A DNA stretch of 64,000 nucleotides from Thermoplasmatota archaeon. Its GTDB lineage: Archaea; Thermoplasmatota; Thermoplasmata; UBA10834. The notes under the pieces were generated by a model that saw only the letters and a list, made by a program, of their open reading frames with translations, was not told the DNA's origin and ran no database searches. This document shows, piece after piece, positions 8,301-17,243 of the stretch (its first letter is position 1; every line of letters begins with the position of its first letter). Both the position numbers and the translations under genes were made by a program. Location: positions 160,001 to 224,000 of the forward strand of contig JBFMHR010000001.1 of the NCBI GenBank assembly GCA_040751795.1, read 5' to 3'.

Positions 8301-9797
8301 GACAAGGCCGCGTGGTACAGGCTCGGGCTCCTCTACCTCGAGCTCGGCAGGTACGAGGAGGCCGACGGCTGCTTCGACAAGTCCATCGACATCGACGGGA
8401 CGAACCCCGCGATATGGATGAGCAAGGGGCTGGCCCTCGAGAAGCAGGAGCTGCCCGAGGACGCCATAGGCGCCTACGACCGTGCGATAGCGCTCAACTC
8501 GAACGACAAGGAGGCCTGGAAGAGGAAGGGGCAGGTCCTCATGTCCCTGAACAGGCCGGAGCAGGCCATGCGCGCGTTCGAGCACTCCCTCAGCATCGAC
8601 CCGTACTACGAGGAGGCCAGCGAGGGCCGGAAGAAGGCCGAGGAGGAGATCCGGCGCACCAAGATCGAGGACTACTGCCGCGCCATACTCGAGTTCGAGT
8701 ACACCCACGGGAGGCCCGTGACCAAGGAGGAGGCCTTCAGGGTCTGCGGCGTCCCCTACGCCTTCCTCGGCGAGGTGCTGGAGTACCTCAGCGGCAAGCA
8801 GGAGGTCAGCCTGTCCGGGATGAGCAAGGAGGACTTCGACAAGTACGAGAGGATCTCCAGGGAGGTCCTCGTGAACACCATGGACAAGCGCGACCTGGGC
8901 GACCACGGCCTCAGGCTCTGCGACATCGTGGTCAACTTCCCGGACCTCAAGGTCGCGAGCGCCAAGAGGATCATGGGGTACATCCAGGCGGTCGAGGAGC
9001 ACGAGTTCAGCACCCACGTCACGGACCCGCAGGTCGACGCCCACCTCAGGAAGGCGATGGACCTGCCCAACGACCAGAAGAACGTCCTCGGGATCATAAG
9101 GAACCTCGGGGTGGGGGTGTACCAGTCCAGGCAGCTCGTCGTCGTACTCCAGACCTTCAAGGACGCGGGCTTCGAGACCCCGTCCATCAGGCTCAAGTCG
9201 ATAGTCAGCGATGGCTACGGGGAGTACGTGGCCTTCGACGAGCGCACGCAGCAGAGGCCCGCCCACAGGTACGCCGAGCCGGGGCCGGAGCCCGCCCCGA
9301 GGCAGCGGCAGGCCACCCCGGCCCTGCGGGAGTACGAGGAGATGTACCAGAGGCCCCAGAGGGGCAGGCGCAGGGAGCCCGAGGAGGAGGCGGAGGAGGA
9401 GCCGCCGCAGCCGCCGAAGAGGTCCAGGCCCAAGGCCCAGGCGCAGAAGAGGGAGAAGGCGCCGGAGGACGTACCGTCGGACCTCATGGGCAGGAGGTGC
9501 CTGTTCCACGGGGGCGTGGCGGTCGCCAGGTGCGCCAAGTGCAAGGCCGTCCTGTGCAGGGAGTGCGTCAGGAGCTCGGACAGGTGCCCCAGGTGCAACG
9601 CGCTGCTGAGCGGCGAGGACGACGTCCCCGAGAAGCCGCAGAGGAGGCCGAAGAGGCGCGAGGAGCCCGAGGAGGAAGAGGAGGCCCCGGAGGAGGGCGC
9701 CGCGGAGGAGGAAGAGGAGCAGGAGGAGCCCGAGGAGCCCAAGAAGCGCCCCCGTAGGAAGGACGAGCCCAAGGGGCCAGACTTCAACAGGCTCTGA
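5319..9797 (+). CDS. Large tetratricopeptide-repeat protein with C-terminal B-box-like zinc finger
   Basis: About 1100 aa of continuous TPR consensus repeats (A...fdkAl.ldP.d...w..kG..l), then a non-repeat domain, a charged low-complexity region and CLFH..C..C....C..C......C..C. Confidence 0.88.
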   Translation: MGLLDSLLSKEKKVLAKASKNLDRADALERSGSKQQAVALLDETRAILDEGIKYVEKMRGDFSSAFARLASGYLRVDKAQAALDAAHVSLQQFNPNNADAMSAAGRASLRLGKNEDAINWLNKAVTAAPKSSEHWSTLGDAHETLGDIEPALQAYRKVIEIKPDSLRHYDKILAHTPKDVPMLKKKAQTLSGLRRYDDAARTYGAALNIDPEDKELWIGQAASLNFAGKGEEAIASLERALKLSPDDAFVYDNLGRIQHKVGRREDALKSFSKAARLDNGNKIVWNELGVVQEEMGMLDEAVQSFDNALALDPKDVNVLNNRKKTLLKSSKMAEVIETCDRIILLNPKDPEALLDKARALWALGRNDECMTFIEAALALAPKSKDAMNLKKDCLIRLGRHSDVVAWCNKILAVDPADLDAMHDKGRAQVAIGKVQDAVRTYEKALKAKPNRLDLLDGLKDAYKLLGKEEDVVRTCDRIISVDKDNRLAHLDKAMSLDRRDRYDEALATYMVALKHDPKNPGIYVSAAAMLMRAGKHREALDYAKQGLAVDPESVPLWRLRGESAYSAKGFDAAADAFRKCTELDPTDKASFKRMGQSFVELMRYEQALDAYEHALKLDPRDASVWFLKALSLEWLERLEDALAAVKEATHWDKDVPEYQMKEGLLLNRLGRSEEALDAFNAALRGSPRNVMILKSKNDVLKALKRYEEVVATSDAILAVEKKDRDTLVDRGSASLFLKKPNDALASFNKALELNADDLDVLELKKNALKELDDQEGVVSVCDHILQLSPKNKYALSDCGAALEKLGRGEDSLDYYERALALDPKDVFLWNRKGQVQLSLGNPAQAAEAFDHGIKLDPNQPFVLNNRGRAYLDLRRFDEALADFKKALAILPTVAEFHTNQGRALASMGKFEESLEAFNEGRRIAPKDHSSLKYMGMALLKLNRVPDAMGCFDEAIRLGSNDRDVWTGRAKAAEALGNKEEAVRSYVTALEIDGSDKAAWYRLGLLYLELGRYEEADGCFDKSIDIDGTNPAIWMSKGLALEKQELPEDAIGAYDRAIALNSNDKEAWKRKGQVLMSLNRPEQAMRAFEHSLSIDPYYEEASEGRKKAEEEIRRTKIEDYCRAILEFEYTHGRPVTKEEAFRVCGVPYAFLGEVLEYLSGKQEVSLSGMSKEDFDKYERISREVLVNTMDKRDLGDHGLRLCDIVVNFPDLKVASAKRIMGYIQAVEEHEFSTHVTDPQVDAHLRKAMDLPNDQKNVLGIIRNLGVGVYQSRQLVVVLQTFKDAGFETPSIRLKSIVSDGYGEYVAFDERTQQRPAHRYAEPGPEPAPRQRQATPALREYEEMYQRPQRGRRREPEEEAEEEPPQPPKRSRPKAQAQKREKAPEDVPSDLMGRRCLFHGGVAVARCAKCKAVLCRECVRSSDRCPRCNALLSGEDDVPEKPQRRPKRREEPEEEEEAPEEGAAEEEEEQEEPEEPKKRPRRKDEPKGPDFNRL

Positions 9798-9820
9798 CGC
9801 GCGCATAGGAGGGAGACAGG

Positions 9821-10633
9821 ATGGGCAGGATATCCAGAGGGTGGAAGCTGACCAAGCTGAGCCTGAGGGTCATAAGGAAGGACAAGGAGATACTCCTCCT
9901 CCCGGTGCTCTCGGGCCTCACGATGGCTGTCGTGCTCGCGTCGTTCGTCGCGGGCATCTTCCTGACCGGCGGCCTCGGCGCCGGGTCTGGGCTCACGGGG
10001 CTCGTCCTCATGGCGGCGTTCTACTTCGTCGCCTACTTCATCGCGATATTCTTCAACGCGGCCGTCATCGGCTGCGCCACGATACGGCTCGGGGGAGGGG
10101 ACCCGACGGTCGCCGACGGCCTCAGGATAGCGGCCGACAACGCGCTCAGGATACTGGCCTGGGCCCTGGTGGCCGCCACGGTCGGCCTGGTCATCAGGGC
10201 TGTGCAGGAGAGGGTCGGGCTCATAGGGAAGATCGTCATGGGCGCCCTCGGGGTGGCGTGGAGCCTCGTCACCTACTTCGTGGTCCCGGTCCTCATCTAC
10301 GAGAGGCTCGGGGTGTGGGAGTCGGTCAAGAGGAGCGCCTCCGTGTTCAAGGGGACCTGGGGCGAGACGCTGGTCGGCAACCTCGGCCTCGGCATCATAT
10401 TCGTCCTCCTGGGGCTGGCCGGCGTCGTGCCGATAGCCCTCGGGTTCCTCGCCGGCGGGGCCACGGGCCTCTTCGTCGGGATCGGGGTCGCCGTGGTGTA
10501 CTGGCTGGTGCTCGTCGTCGTCCAGGCCGCGGCCGAGGGCGTTCTCGTGGCCGCGCTGTACAGGTACGCCACGACAGGGCAGGTCGCCGAGGGCCTCGAG
10601 GGGGTCCGGTTCGCCAGCCCCTGGACCCGCTGA
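9821..10633 (+). CDS. Integral membrane protein (DUF6159-like)
   Basis: Multiple TM helices; motifs 'GWKLTKLSLRVIRKDKEIL', 'TYFVVPVLIYE', 'SVKRS..FKGTWGE', 'LYRYATTG'. Confidence 0.75.
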   Translation: MGRISRGWKLTKLSLRVIRKDKEILLLPVLSGLTMAVVLASFVAGIFLTGGLGAGSGLTGLVLMAAFYFVAYFIAIFFNAAVIGCATIRLGGGDPTVADGLRIAADNALRILAWALVAATVGLVIRAVQERVGLIGKIVMGALGVAWSLVTYFVVPVLIYERLGVWESVKRSASVFKGTWGETLVGNLGLGIIFVLLGLAGVVPIALGFLAGGATGLFVGIGVAVVYWLVLVVVQAAAEGVLVAALYRYATTGQVAEGLEGVRFASPWTR

Positions 10634-11110
10634 TCACCCGTGGAGCTTCTTCGTGAGGGCCGCGACGCGCCGCCCGTACCTGACGCAGACCTCCTCGGCG
10701 CGCCGGTCGGGCTTCTCTATGGAGACCGGGCCGTAGTGGTCCCCCTTCGAGTCGCCGCACACGACCATCCCGTGGATCAGGAGCGCCTCCAGTATCGCGA
10801 CCACCGTCGTCTCGTTGCCGCCGCCGACGTTGGCGCTCGACGAGAACGCGCCCCCGACCTTGTCCTGGAGCTTGCCGTGGTGCTTGACGCTCCTGTCCAG
10901 CAACTCCTTCACCTGGGCCGCGGGCAGGCCGTAGTACGTCGGGGAGCCGATCACGATCCCGTCGTACTTGAGGAGGTCGTCCACCTTCACATCCTTGACC
11001 TCCTTCGTGTCGACCTCCACGTCCTCCTCCATGACGCCCTTCTGGACCAGGTACGCCATCTTCTTGGTGTTGCCGCTCCTCGAGTAGTAGCAGATCAGCA
11101 TCCGGGCCAT
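10634..11110 (-). CDS. Flavodoxin-like NAD(P)H:quinone oxidoreductase (WrbA family)
   Basis: FMN-binding loop YYSRSGNTKKMA, GSPTYYG, GGAFSSS..GGGNET. Confidence 0.85.
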   Translation of the reverse strand: MARMLICYYSRSGNTKKMAYLVQKGVMEEDVEVDTKEVKDVKVDDLLKYDGIVIGSPTYYGLPAAQVKELLDRSVKHHGKLQDKVGGAFSSSANVGGGNETTVVAILEALLIHGMVVCGDSKGDHYGPVSIEKPDRRAEEVCVRYGRRVAALTKKLHG

Positions 11111-11223
11111 TCCATCAGCCTCGGTACCTCCAGCGGCTCCGTGGGATTAATGGGTTGCGCAGGCGGGCTGCAAAAGGTTCATGTCGGTGTAATGTTTCCC
11201 CCAGCAGGAGGGAGCCAGGCGAG

Positions 11224-11709
11224 ATGAGGGTCTGCAAGCGGTGCCGGAAGGAGACGGGCCAGATGTTCTGTCCGACCTGCAAGGTCCTCACGTTCCCGGC
11301 CAGCGCGCCCGAGGCGGCCCCGTCCACCTCCACGGGCGACTCGTTCGAGTGCACCGTGTGGCAGGGGCCCAACAGGAGCAGGGGCATAGAGATATCCCAG
11401 CACGACAGGGACAAGTACTTCTCCAAGAGGAACGAGGAGGTCGTGCTCCACATCGACGGCAGGAGGAGCGTGGCCAAGCTCGGCGTCGGCTTCTGGAAGA
11501 AGCCGGCGGTGATCAAGAAGGCCCTCCTCGACAACGGCAGGGACGAGCTCATCAAGTTCTTCGAGAAGCACCACCTGCTCCCGCCGGAGCAGTCCCTGAA
11601 GGAGAAGGGGATCGTGGACACCATCGTCTTCGAGGTAGTGACCCCGAGGGAGGAGTTCAAGATCTCCGTCGTGGAGCGCCAGGAGTCCGAGGAGCACGAG
11701 CGGGACTAG
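11224..11709 (+). CDS. Hypothetical protein with N-terminal zinc ribbon
   Basis: CKRC-x8-CPTC at the N-terminus; host-like codon usage; ATG 11224 follows a GGAGG-like RBS. Confidence 0.65.
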   Translation: MRVCKRCRKETGQMFCPTCKVLTFPASAPEAAPSTSTGDSFECTVWQGPNRSRGIEISQHDRDKYFSKRNEEVVLHIDGRRSVAKLGVGFWKKPAVIKKALLDNGRDELIKFFEKHHLLPPEQSLKEKGIVDTIVFEVVTPREEFKISVVERQESEEHERD

Positions 11710-12905
11710 AGGAGCCCCAGCTCCTTCCCTACCTTCCCGAACGCCGACAGCGCGGCGTCGAGGTCCTCCCGGGCCAGGGCAGCGTTCATGATCGTCCTTA
11801 TCCTGGCCCCGTCCTTGGCGACCATCGGGAACACTATCGGCAGCGCGAACACGCCCAGCTCGAAGAGCCTCGCGCTGAAGCGCTTGGCCGCCCCGCTGTC
11901 GCCTATCATGACCGGCACTATGGGGGTCACGCTCGCCCCCGTGTCGAAGCCCATTGAGCGGACCTCCTTCCTGAAGTAGTCCGTGTTGGCCCACAGGTTC
12001 CTCACGTGCTGCGGCTCCGTCTCCAGGACGTCTATCGCGGCCGTGCACGCCGCCGCCACCGCAGGGGGGTGCGAGCCGCTCAGGAGCCATGTCCTGGACT
12101 TGTTGTAGGCGAAGTCGACGAGGTCCCTGCTCCCTGAGACGTGCCCCCCGACGACGCCGAAGGCCTTCGAGAAGGTCCCCATCTCGACGTGGACCCGGTC
12201 CCTGGACAGGTGGTGGTGCTCGACTATCCCCCTCCCGCCCTCGCCCAGGACCCCCTCGCCGTGGGCGTCGTCGACGTAGACCATCGCGCCGTGGTCGTGG
12301 GCGGCGGCCGCGACCCTGTCCATCGGGGCCATGTCGCCGTCCATGCTGAAGACGCCGTCGGTGATGACCAGGACGCGCCTGTAGGAGGGCCGGTGCTCCT
12401 CCGCCTTGGCCAGGACGGCCCTCAGGTCGTCCATGTCGCAGTGCCTGTAGACCGCCCTGTCGGCCCTGGACAGCCTGACGCCGTCGATGATGCTGCCGTG
12501 GTTGAGCTCGTCGCTCACTATGACGTCGCCCTGGTCCGCGAGCTGCGGTATCAGCCCCGCGTTGGCGGCGAAGCCGGTCTGGTACACCAGGGACGCCTCG
12601 GCGCCCTTGAACCTGGCGAGGCGCGCCTCGAGCTCGGAGTGGAGGTCCATGTTGCCGGCGATCGGCCTGACGGAGCCGGAGCCCGCGCCGTGGGTCCGTA
12701 CCGCCTCGATCGCCGCGGCCTTGACCTTCGGGTGGTTGCTCAGGCTGAGGTAGTTGTTGGAGCAGAGCATGACCACCTGGCGGCCGTCGACGACGCACCT
12801 GGGCGTGCTCGGCCCCTGCAGGAGCCTGAGCTTCCAGTCCAGGTCGCTCTCGACGAGCTTCCGGTACTCCTCCCTCAGGAAAGAAACGGGGTCCCTTCCG
12901 GCCAT
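11706..12905 (-). CDS. kbl: 2-amino-3-ketobutyrate CoA ligase (glycine C-acetyltransferase)
   Basis: Class II PLP motifs CSNNYL, SDELNHGSIIDG, TDGVFSMDGD, DDAHG, GTFSKAFG; adjacent to tdh. Confidence 0.88.
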   Translation of the reverse strand: MAGRDPVSFLREEYRKLVESDLDWKLRLLQGPSTPRCVVDGRQVVMLCSNNYLSLSNHPKVKAAAIEAVRTHGAGSGSVRPIAGNMDLHSELEARLARFKGAEASLVYQTGFAANAGLIPQLADQGDVIVSDELNHGSIIDGVRLSRADRAVYRHCDMDDLRAVLAKAEEHRPSYRRVLVITDGVFSMDGDMAPMDRVAAAAHDHGAMVYVDDAHGEGVLGEGGRGIVEHHHLSRDRVHVEMGTFSKAFGVVGGHVSGSRDLVDFAYNKSRTWLLSGSHPPAVAAACTAAIDVLETEPQHVRNLWANTDYFRKEVRSMGFDTGASVTPIVPVMIGDSGAAKRFSARLFELGVFALPIVFPMVAKDGARIRTIMNAALAREDLDAALSAFGKVGKELGLL

Positions 12906-12909
12906 TCCC

Positions 12910-13977
12910 TCACCATTCTGGCACCAGGGCGACCTTCGCGGCCTTCTTCGCCCTTATCAGCTCCATGCCCTCCCCGATGTCCCTTATCGGGAGGGTATGG
13001 GTGACCATTGATGAAAGCTTGTCCCTGAAGCCGTCGCGCGCGAGGAGCGCGTGCATCTGGTCCCAGGTGTGGAACATCCTGCGGCCCGTTATGCCGTACA
13101 CGGTGGCCGACTTGAACGTGATCGCGTTGTTGACGTCGATGGTGACGGGGTCGTTGTAGAGGCCGAGTATGGACACGCGGCCGCCCGGGGTGAGCATCTG
13201 GAAGACCTGTTTGAGGGCCGCCGCCGCGCCCGACATCTCGAGGCACACGTCGGCGCCGTTCCCGTCCGTCTCGTCCATGACGGCCTTCACGAGCCTCTCG
13301 GTGCCCATCGCCGCGTCGAGGACGATGTCCGCGCCCATCTTCGGGGCCAGGGCGAACCTGACCTCCTCGGTGCCCAGCTCGGTGGCTATGACCTTCTTGG
13401 CGCCCAGGACCTTCAGAATCGCAATCGCCATGAGGCCTATCGGCCCGCACCCCGCGACGACGACGTTCTTCCCCTTGATGTCGTCCTCGCACTCGCGGCC
13501 GAACACCGTGAAGGTCGCGTTGCCGAGCGGCTCCAGCAGGGAGCCGAGCTTGACGTCCAGCCCCGGTGGCAGCTTCCTGGCGTTCATCTCGGGGAGCTTC
13601 ACGTACTCGGCGAACACGCCGTCGGTGTCGACCCCCAGGATCTTCATGTTCTTGCAGATGTGCATGCGGCCGTTCCTGCACTGGTAGCAGGTCCCGTCCA
13701 CTATGTGCGTCTCCGCGGAGACGAGGTCCCCGACCCTGACGGACTTGACGCCCCTGCCGAGCTCGACGACCTCCCCGCACATCTCGTGGCCGAAGACGAT
13801 CGGGAGGGCCCTGAGGCGCTTCTGGGCCCAGTGGTTCCAGTCCCATATGTGGACGTCGGTGCCGCAGATCGAGGACATCCTCGTCTTGACCAGGACTTCG
13901 CCCGCGCCGACCGTCGGCCTCGGGACCGTCTCGACCGCCGCCCCTGGCTCCCGGCGCCTCTTGACGACCGCTTGCAT
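12910..13977 (-). CDS. tdh: L-threonine 3-dehydrogenase
   Basis: Zn-ADH motifs SICGTDVHI, GHE, SAETHIVDGTCYQCRNG..HIC, EPLGNA, GITGR; operon with kbl. Confidence 0.92.
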   Translation of the reverse strand: MQAVVKRRREPGAAVETVPRPTVGAGEVLVKTRMSSICGTDVHIWDWNHWAQKRLRALPIVFGHEMCGEVVELGRGVKSVRVGDLVSAETHIVDGTCYQCRNGRMHICKNMKILGVDTDGVFAEYVKLPEMNARKLPPGLDVKLGSLLEPLGNATFTVFGRECEDDIKGKNVVVAGCGPIGLMAIAILKVLGAKKVIATELGTEEVRFALAPKMGADIVLDAAMGTERLVKAVMDETDGNGADVCLEMSGAAAALKQVFQMLTPGGRVSILGLYNDPVTIDVNNAITFKSATVYGITGRRMFHTWDQMHALLARDGFRDKLSSMVTHTLPIRDIGEGMELIRAKKAAKVALVPEW

Positions 13978-14166
13978 CCGCAGGTCACTGCTCCTTTTTG
14001 GGCACTGTCAGAATCTCGCCCCTCTTAAGCGCTGTGCAACTACAATGATTCTCTGGGAGGCCCCTCCGGCTGGAAGTGGCTGGCGACGTCGCGGCGGCCC
14101 TTCGTCTCAGCTCCCCCGATACCGGATGATTCAGCATAATATAGGGGGGAGCATCATTCCGAGACC

Positions 14167-15798
14167 ATGGCCGGGATAGGCGTCCTCGCCCTGGGCGGTT
14201 CGGACACGATAGGAGGCAACAAGCTCGTCCTGAGGTTCGACGGCAGCCACGTCCTCCTCGACTTCGGTACCAACTTCAAGAAGTTCGGGACATACTACGA
14301 GGAGTACCTCAGGCCCAGGAGCGCAGGAGGGCTCCTGGACTATGTCGAGATGGGGGTCCTCCCGGACGCCAGGAACCTCTACCGGGACGACCTGATGCAC
14401 CCTGAGCTGGAGCTCAAGGGCCATGACCTGGGCGCGATCGACCTCATGCTGCTGTCCCACGCGCACGCGGACCACTTCGGGGACATGGGATTCCTCCGGA
14501 CGGACATCCCCGTCGCGACCAATGCCATATCCGCGGCCATCATCAAGGCGATGTCCGACAGCGGGAAGGCGGACATGGGCAAGGACTACGTCTGCCCGAG
14601 CCCGAGGTACAGGACCACCTTCAGGGGCACCCCCGTCGTGCAGACCTGCTCCGTGAAGGAGGCGAGGGAGCGAGGCATGTGCGGCCGGGACTTCGTGATG
14701 CTCGACGGACGCGTACCCAGGGACTTCGAGGAGTTCTGGGGGATGTCGCCTGCCATCGAGCTCGCCGACTCGCCGAACAAGTGCAGGCCGCATCTCCCGG
14801 GGAGGCTGCTCAAGGGCATCCAGTCCCCGAAGGTCACACCATACCCGGTCGACCACTCCGTGAAGGGCGCCACAGCGCACGTCATCCCGACGAGCGCGGG
14901 GAACGTGATATACACAGGGGACCTCAGGATGCACGGCATGAACAGGGCCGCGACAGCGGCGTTCCTGGGCGCGGCGCGGTCCCCCAGGCCGTACGCAATG
15001 ATCGTCGAGGGGACGCGGGTGGGCCGCTCCTCGGACGACGACCCCGGCAACAGGCCGCCGACCGAGGAGGACGTGCTCGAGAACGCCAGGCAGATGGTCT
15101 CGGGGATGGGCGGGGAGCTGGTCATCGCGGACTTCGGGCCAAGGAACATCGAGAGGCTCGAGACCTTCCTGGCGGTCGCCAGGGAGAACCACAGGAAGTT
15201 GGTGATCACCACCAAGGACGCCTACCTGCTCCACGCGATGCACTCGGCCGACCCCAAGGTGCCTATCCCCGGACCGGACATGCTCATCTACGACTCCCCG
15301 AAGGGCGGGGAGAGCAAGTTCGAGGAGTATGTCCTCGACAGGGCGTACCCGGGGGACGAGGTGAAGGGGAGGGACATCGGCAGGAGCCCGGGGGACTACC
15401 TCCTGTCCTTCAGCTTCTTCGACCTCAAGCACCTGGTCGACATCAAGCCGGCGAGAGGGCACTACCTGTACTCCTCCTGCGAGGCGTTCAGCGAGGAGCA
15501 GGAGATCGACTTCATCAGGATGGGGGCGTGGCTCGGCAAGTACCACCTCGACCCCAAGGGGCTCTCCTTCGGCAAGGACGAGAAGGGCAGGCCGAAGCCA
15601 GAGTTCCCCAGGGAGGGGTCGATACACGCGTCGGGGCACGCCTCGAAGGAGGACCTGGTCAGGATCGTAGAGACCATCGACCCCGAGGTGGTCATACCCG
15701 TGCACACGGAGGCCACCGGGCTGGAATGGTTCAAGGAGACTTTCGGCGGCCAGAGGCGCGTCGAGACGCTCCAGGAAGGCGAGTGGAAGGACATCTGA
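14167..15798 (+). CDS. Metallo-beta-lactamase/beta-CASP nuclease (RNase J-like)
   Basis: Motifs IGGN..LDFG, SHAHADH, VDHS, YTGD, EGT, HASGH, PVH. Confidence 0.82.
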   Translation: MAGIGVLALGGSDTIGGNKLVLRFDGSHVLLDFGTNFKKFGTYYEEYLRPRSAGGLLDYVEMGVLPDARNLYRDDLMHPELELKGHDLGAIDLMLLSHAHADHFGDMGFLRTDIPVATNAISAAIIKAMSDSGKADMGKDYVCPSPRYRTTFRGTPVVQTCSVKEARERGMCGRDFVMLDGRVPRDFEEFWGMSPAIELADSPNKCRPHLPGRLLKGIQSPKVTPYPVDHSVKGATAHVIPTSAGNVIYTGDLRMHGMNRAATAAFLGAARSPRPYAMIVEGTRVGRSSDDDPGNRPPTEEDVLENARQMVSGMGGELVIADFGPRNIERLETFLAVARENHRKLVITTKDAYLLHAMHSADPKVPIPGPDMLIYDSPKGGESKFEEYVLDRAYPGDEVKGRDIGRSPGDYLLSFSFFDLKHLVDIKPARGHYLYSSCEAFSEEQEIDFIRMGAWLGKYHLDPKGLSFGKDEKGRPKPEFPREGSIHASGHASKEDLVRIVETIDPEVVIPVHTEATGLEWFKETFGGQRRVETLQEGEWKDI

Positions 15799-15814
15799 TG
15801 GCCATGACACGGGC

Positions 15815-15831
15815 CCGACGGGGCCCGTCGG
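15815..15831. terminator. Hairpin between convergent genes
   Basis: CCGACGG-GGC-CCGTCGG perfect 7-bp inverted repeat between the stops of the beta-CASP and HAD genes. Confidence 0.35.
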
Positions 15832-15832
15832 C

Positions 15833-16408
15833 CTATACGGCGGCGCCCGCGAGGAAATCGTCGAGGGTGGAGTTGCGCGGTACCGCGCTGGTCTCGGCGA
15901 TGTCGGCGATCCTGAGCCACGACGGGAGGTCCCGGACGCCATTGATCCGCTCCGCGTCCGCCTGCCTGTTGTAGGGCCTGTCGACGAGTATCGCCTCTAT
16001 CCCCGCCCTCTGCACGGGGTAGAGATCCAGGGTGGGGGTGTCGCCGACCATCACCGCCTCCCTCCTGTCGTACCCGCGCTTCGCCAGGTACTGCGATATC
16101 TGCTTGCCCTTGTTCCCGTTCAGGATCACATCGTCGAAGTAGTCCCGTATACCGAAGTCTTCCAGGAGGGCGTCGAGTATGGGCTTGGAGTTCCGCGAGA
16201 CTATGCACAGGCTGTCCACCCTGCTCCTCAGCGAGCGGAGGGCCTCCCCCACGCCCTCGTCGAGGACGAAGAAGTCCTTCGCGTGCTCGGGGGACGGGTC
16301 CGCCCAGAACTCCCATGTGCTCCTGCCCCTGTGGGGCACGTACAGCGTCCCTTCCGCGTCCAGGAAGACGTGCTTGAACCTCCGGCCGTCGCGTGCATCC
16401 ATGTTCAT
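15833..16408 (-). CDS. HAD-superfamily hydrolase/phosphatase
   Basis: Motif I variant FLDAEGTLY, motif II VSRN, motif IV MVGDTPTLD. Confidence 0.8.
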   Translation of the reverse strand: MNMDARDGRRFKHVFLDAEGTLYVPHRGRSTWEFWADPSPEHAKDFFVLDEGVGEALRSLRSRVDSLCIVSRNSKPILDALLEDFGIRDYFDDVILNGNKGKQISQYLAKRGYDRREAVMVGDTPTLDLYPVQRAGIEAILVDRPYNRQADAERINGVRDLPSWLRIADIAETSAVPRNSTLDDFLAGAAV

Positions 16409-16447
16409 CGGCCCGGGGACGTGGGGGTGCGTGCTTCTCGCTGAGCC

Positions 16448-16563
16448 GATACTGTATCACCCGCGATGATACGGTGCGTGAGGCGACGATGGATTTAATA
16501 ATCATATTACGATACATCTAATCGTATCATAGAAGTTAATAGGACGGGACATCATACGGTATC
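16448..16563. promoter_or_regulatory. Divergent promoter region with repeated GATAC/GTATC operator-like palindromes
   Basis: GATACTGTATC (16448-58), GATACGGTG (16468-76), TACGAT-N7-ATCGTA / GATAC-N8-GTATC (16508-28) and CATACGGTATC (16553-63), around AT-rich TATA-like tracts. Confidence 0.5.
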
Positions 16564-16574
16564 CCGGGAAGAGC

Positions 16575-17243
16575 ATGGCAGTGGTGTTCGGGACTCTGGG
16601 ATACAGACCGAGGTCGCTCATACCGACCTTGAAGTCCACGCAGGACGTGGAGAAGCTGGTGTTCTACTTCGGGGCGGACAGCAAGGACCCTCAGGCCGGG
16701 GCGAAGGTCTCCGAGGCGAGGAAGGCGGTGGTCGACTACTGCTCCAAGATGGGGATAGCCGTGGACCCCGTGGAGCTGGACGACCCCTTCGACTTCAAGG
16801 GGATCGCCTCGCGGATCAGGAGGGACATCAGGAAGCACAAGAGGGAGGGCAGGGATATCGCGGTGTTCAACATCGCGGGGGGCACGAGGCCGACCTCGTC
16901 CGCCGCCCTCCTGGTCTGCATACTCGAGGGCGTGCCGACCGTGTACATACACGACGTCACGTACGAGGAGGTGCACCTCCCGCTCCTCAAGATGGAGTAC
17001 GACCAGGTCCTCTCCAAGGAGGAGAAGGAGGTCCTCAGGTTCCTCGCGGGGAGGAAGGGGGAGCCGGTGACGGAGGTGGAGCTCGCCAACAGCCTCGGAA
17101 AGCACAAGGCGACCATGAACCACCACGTGAAGAACCTGGTGAGGAAGGGCGCCGTCAGGCTCGAGAGGCACCCGAGCGACCAGAGGAAGAAGGTCGTGAG
17201 GGTCGAGGACTCGACCGAGCTCCTCCTGGGGGACGACCTTTGA
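16575..17243 (+). CDS. CARF domain + winged HTH transcriptional regulator (Csa3/DUF6293-like)
   Basis: N-terminal GTLGY strand, CARF signature FNIAGGTR, 'LPLL' linker, MarR/ArsR-like wHTH (ELANSLGKHKATMNHHVKNLVRKG). Confidence 0.8.
   Translation: MAVVFGTLGYRPRSLIPTLKSTQDVEKLVFYFGADSKDPQAGAKVSEARKAVVDYCSKMGIAVDPVELDDPFDFKGIASRIRRDIRKHKREGRDIAVFNIAGGTRPTSSAALLVCILEGVPTVYIHDVTYEEVHLPLLKMEYDQVLSKEEKEVLRFLAGRKGEPVTEVELANSLGKHKATMNHHVKNLVRKGAVRLERHPSDQRKKVVRVEDSTELLLGDDL

Noticed and set aside
5814-9806. Long antisense and alternative-frame ORFs over the TPR gene (e.g. 5814-7667, 7833-9806, 8165-9757) and similar shadow ORFs throughout
   Set aside because: Expected artefacts of high GC3 coding sequence; they are Arg/Gly/Pro- or Val/Leu-biased with no motifs and overlap well-supported genes.
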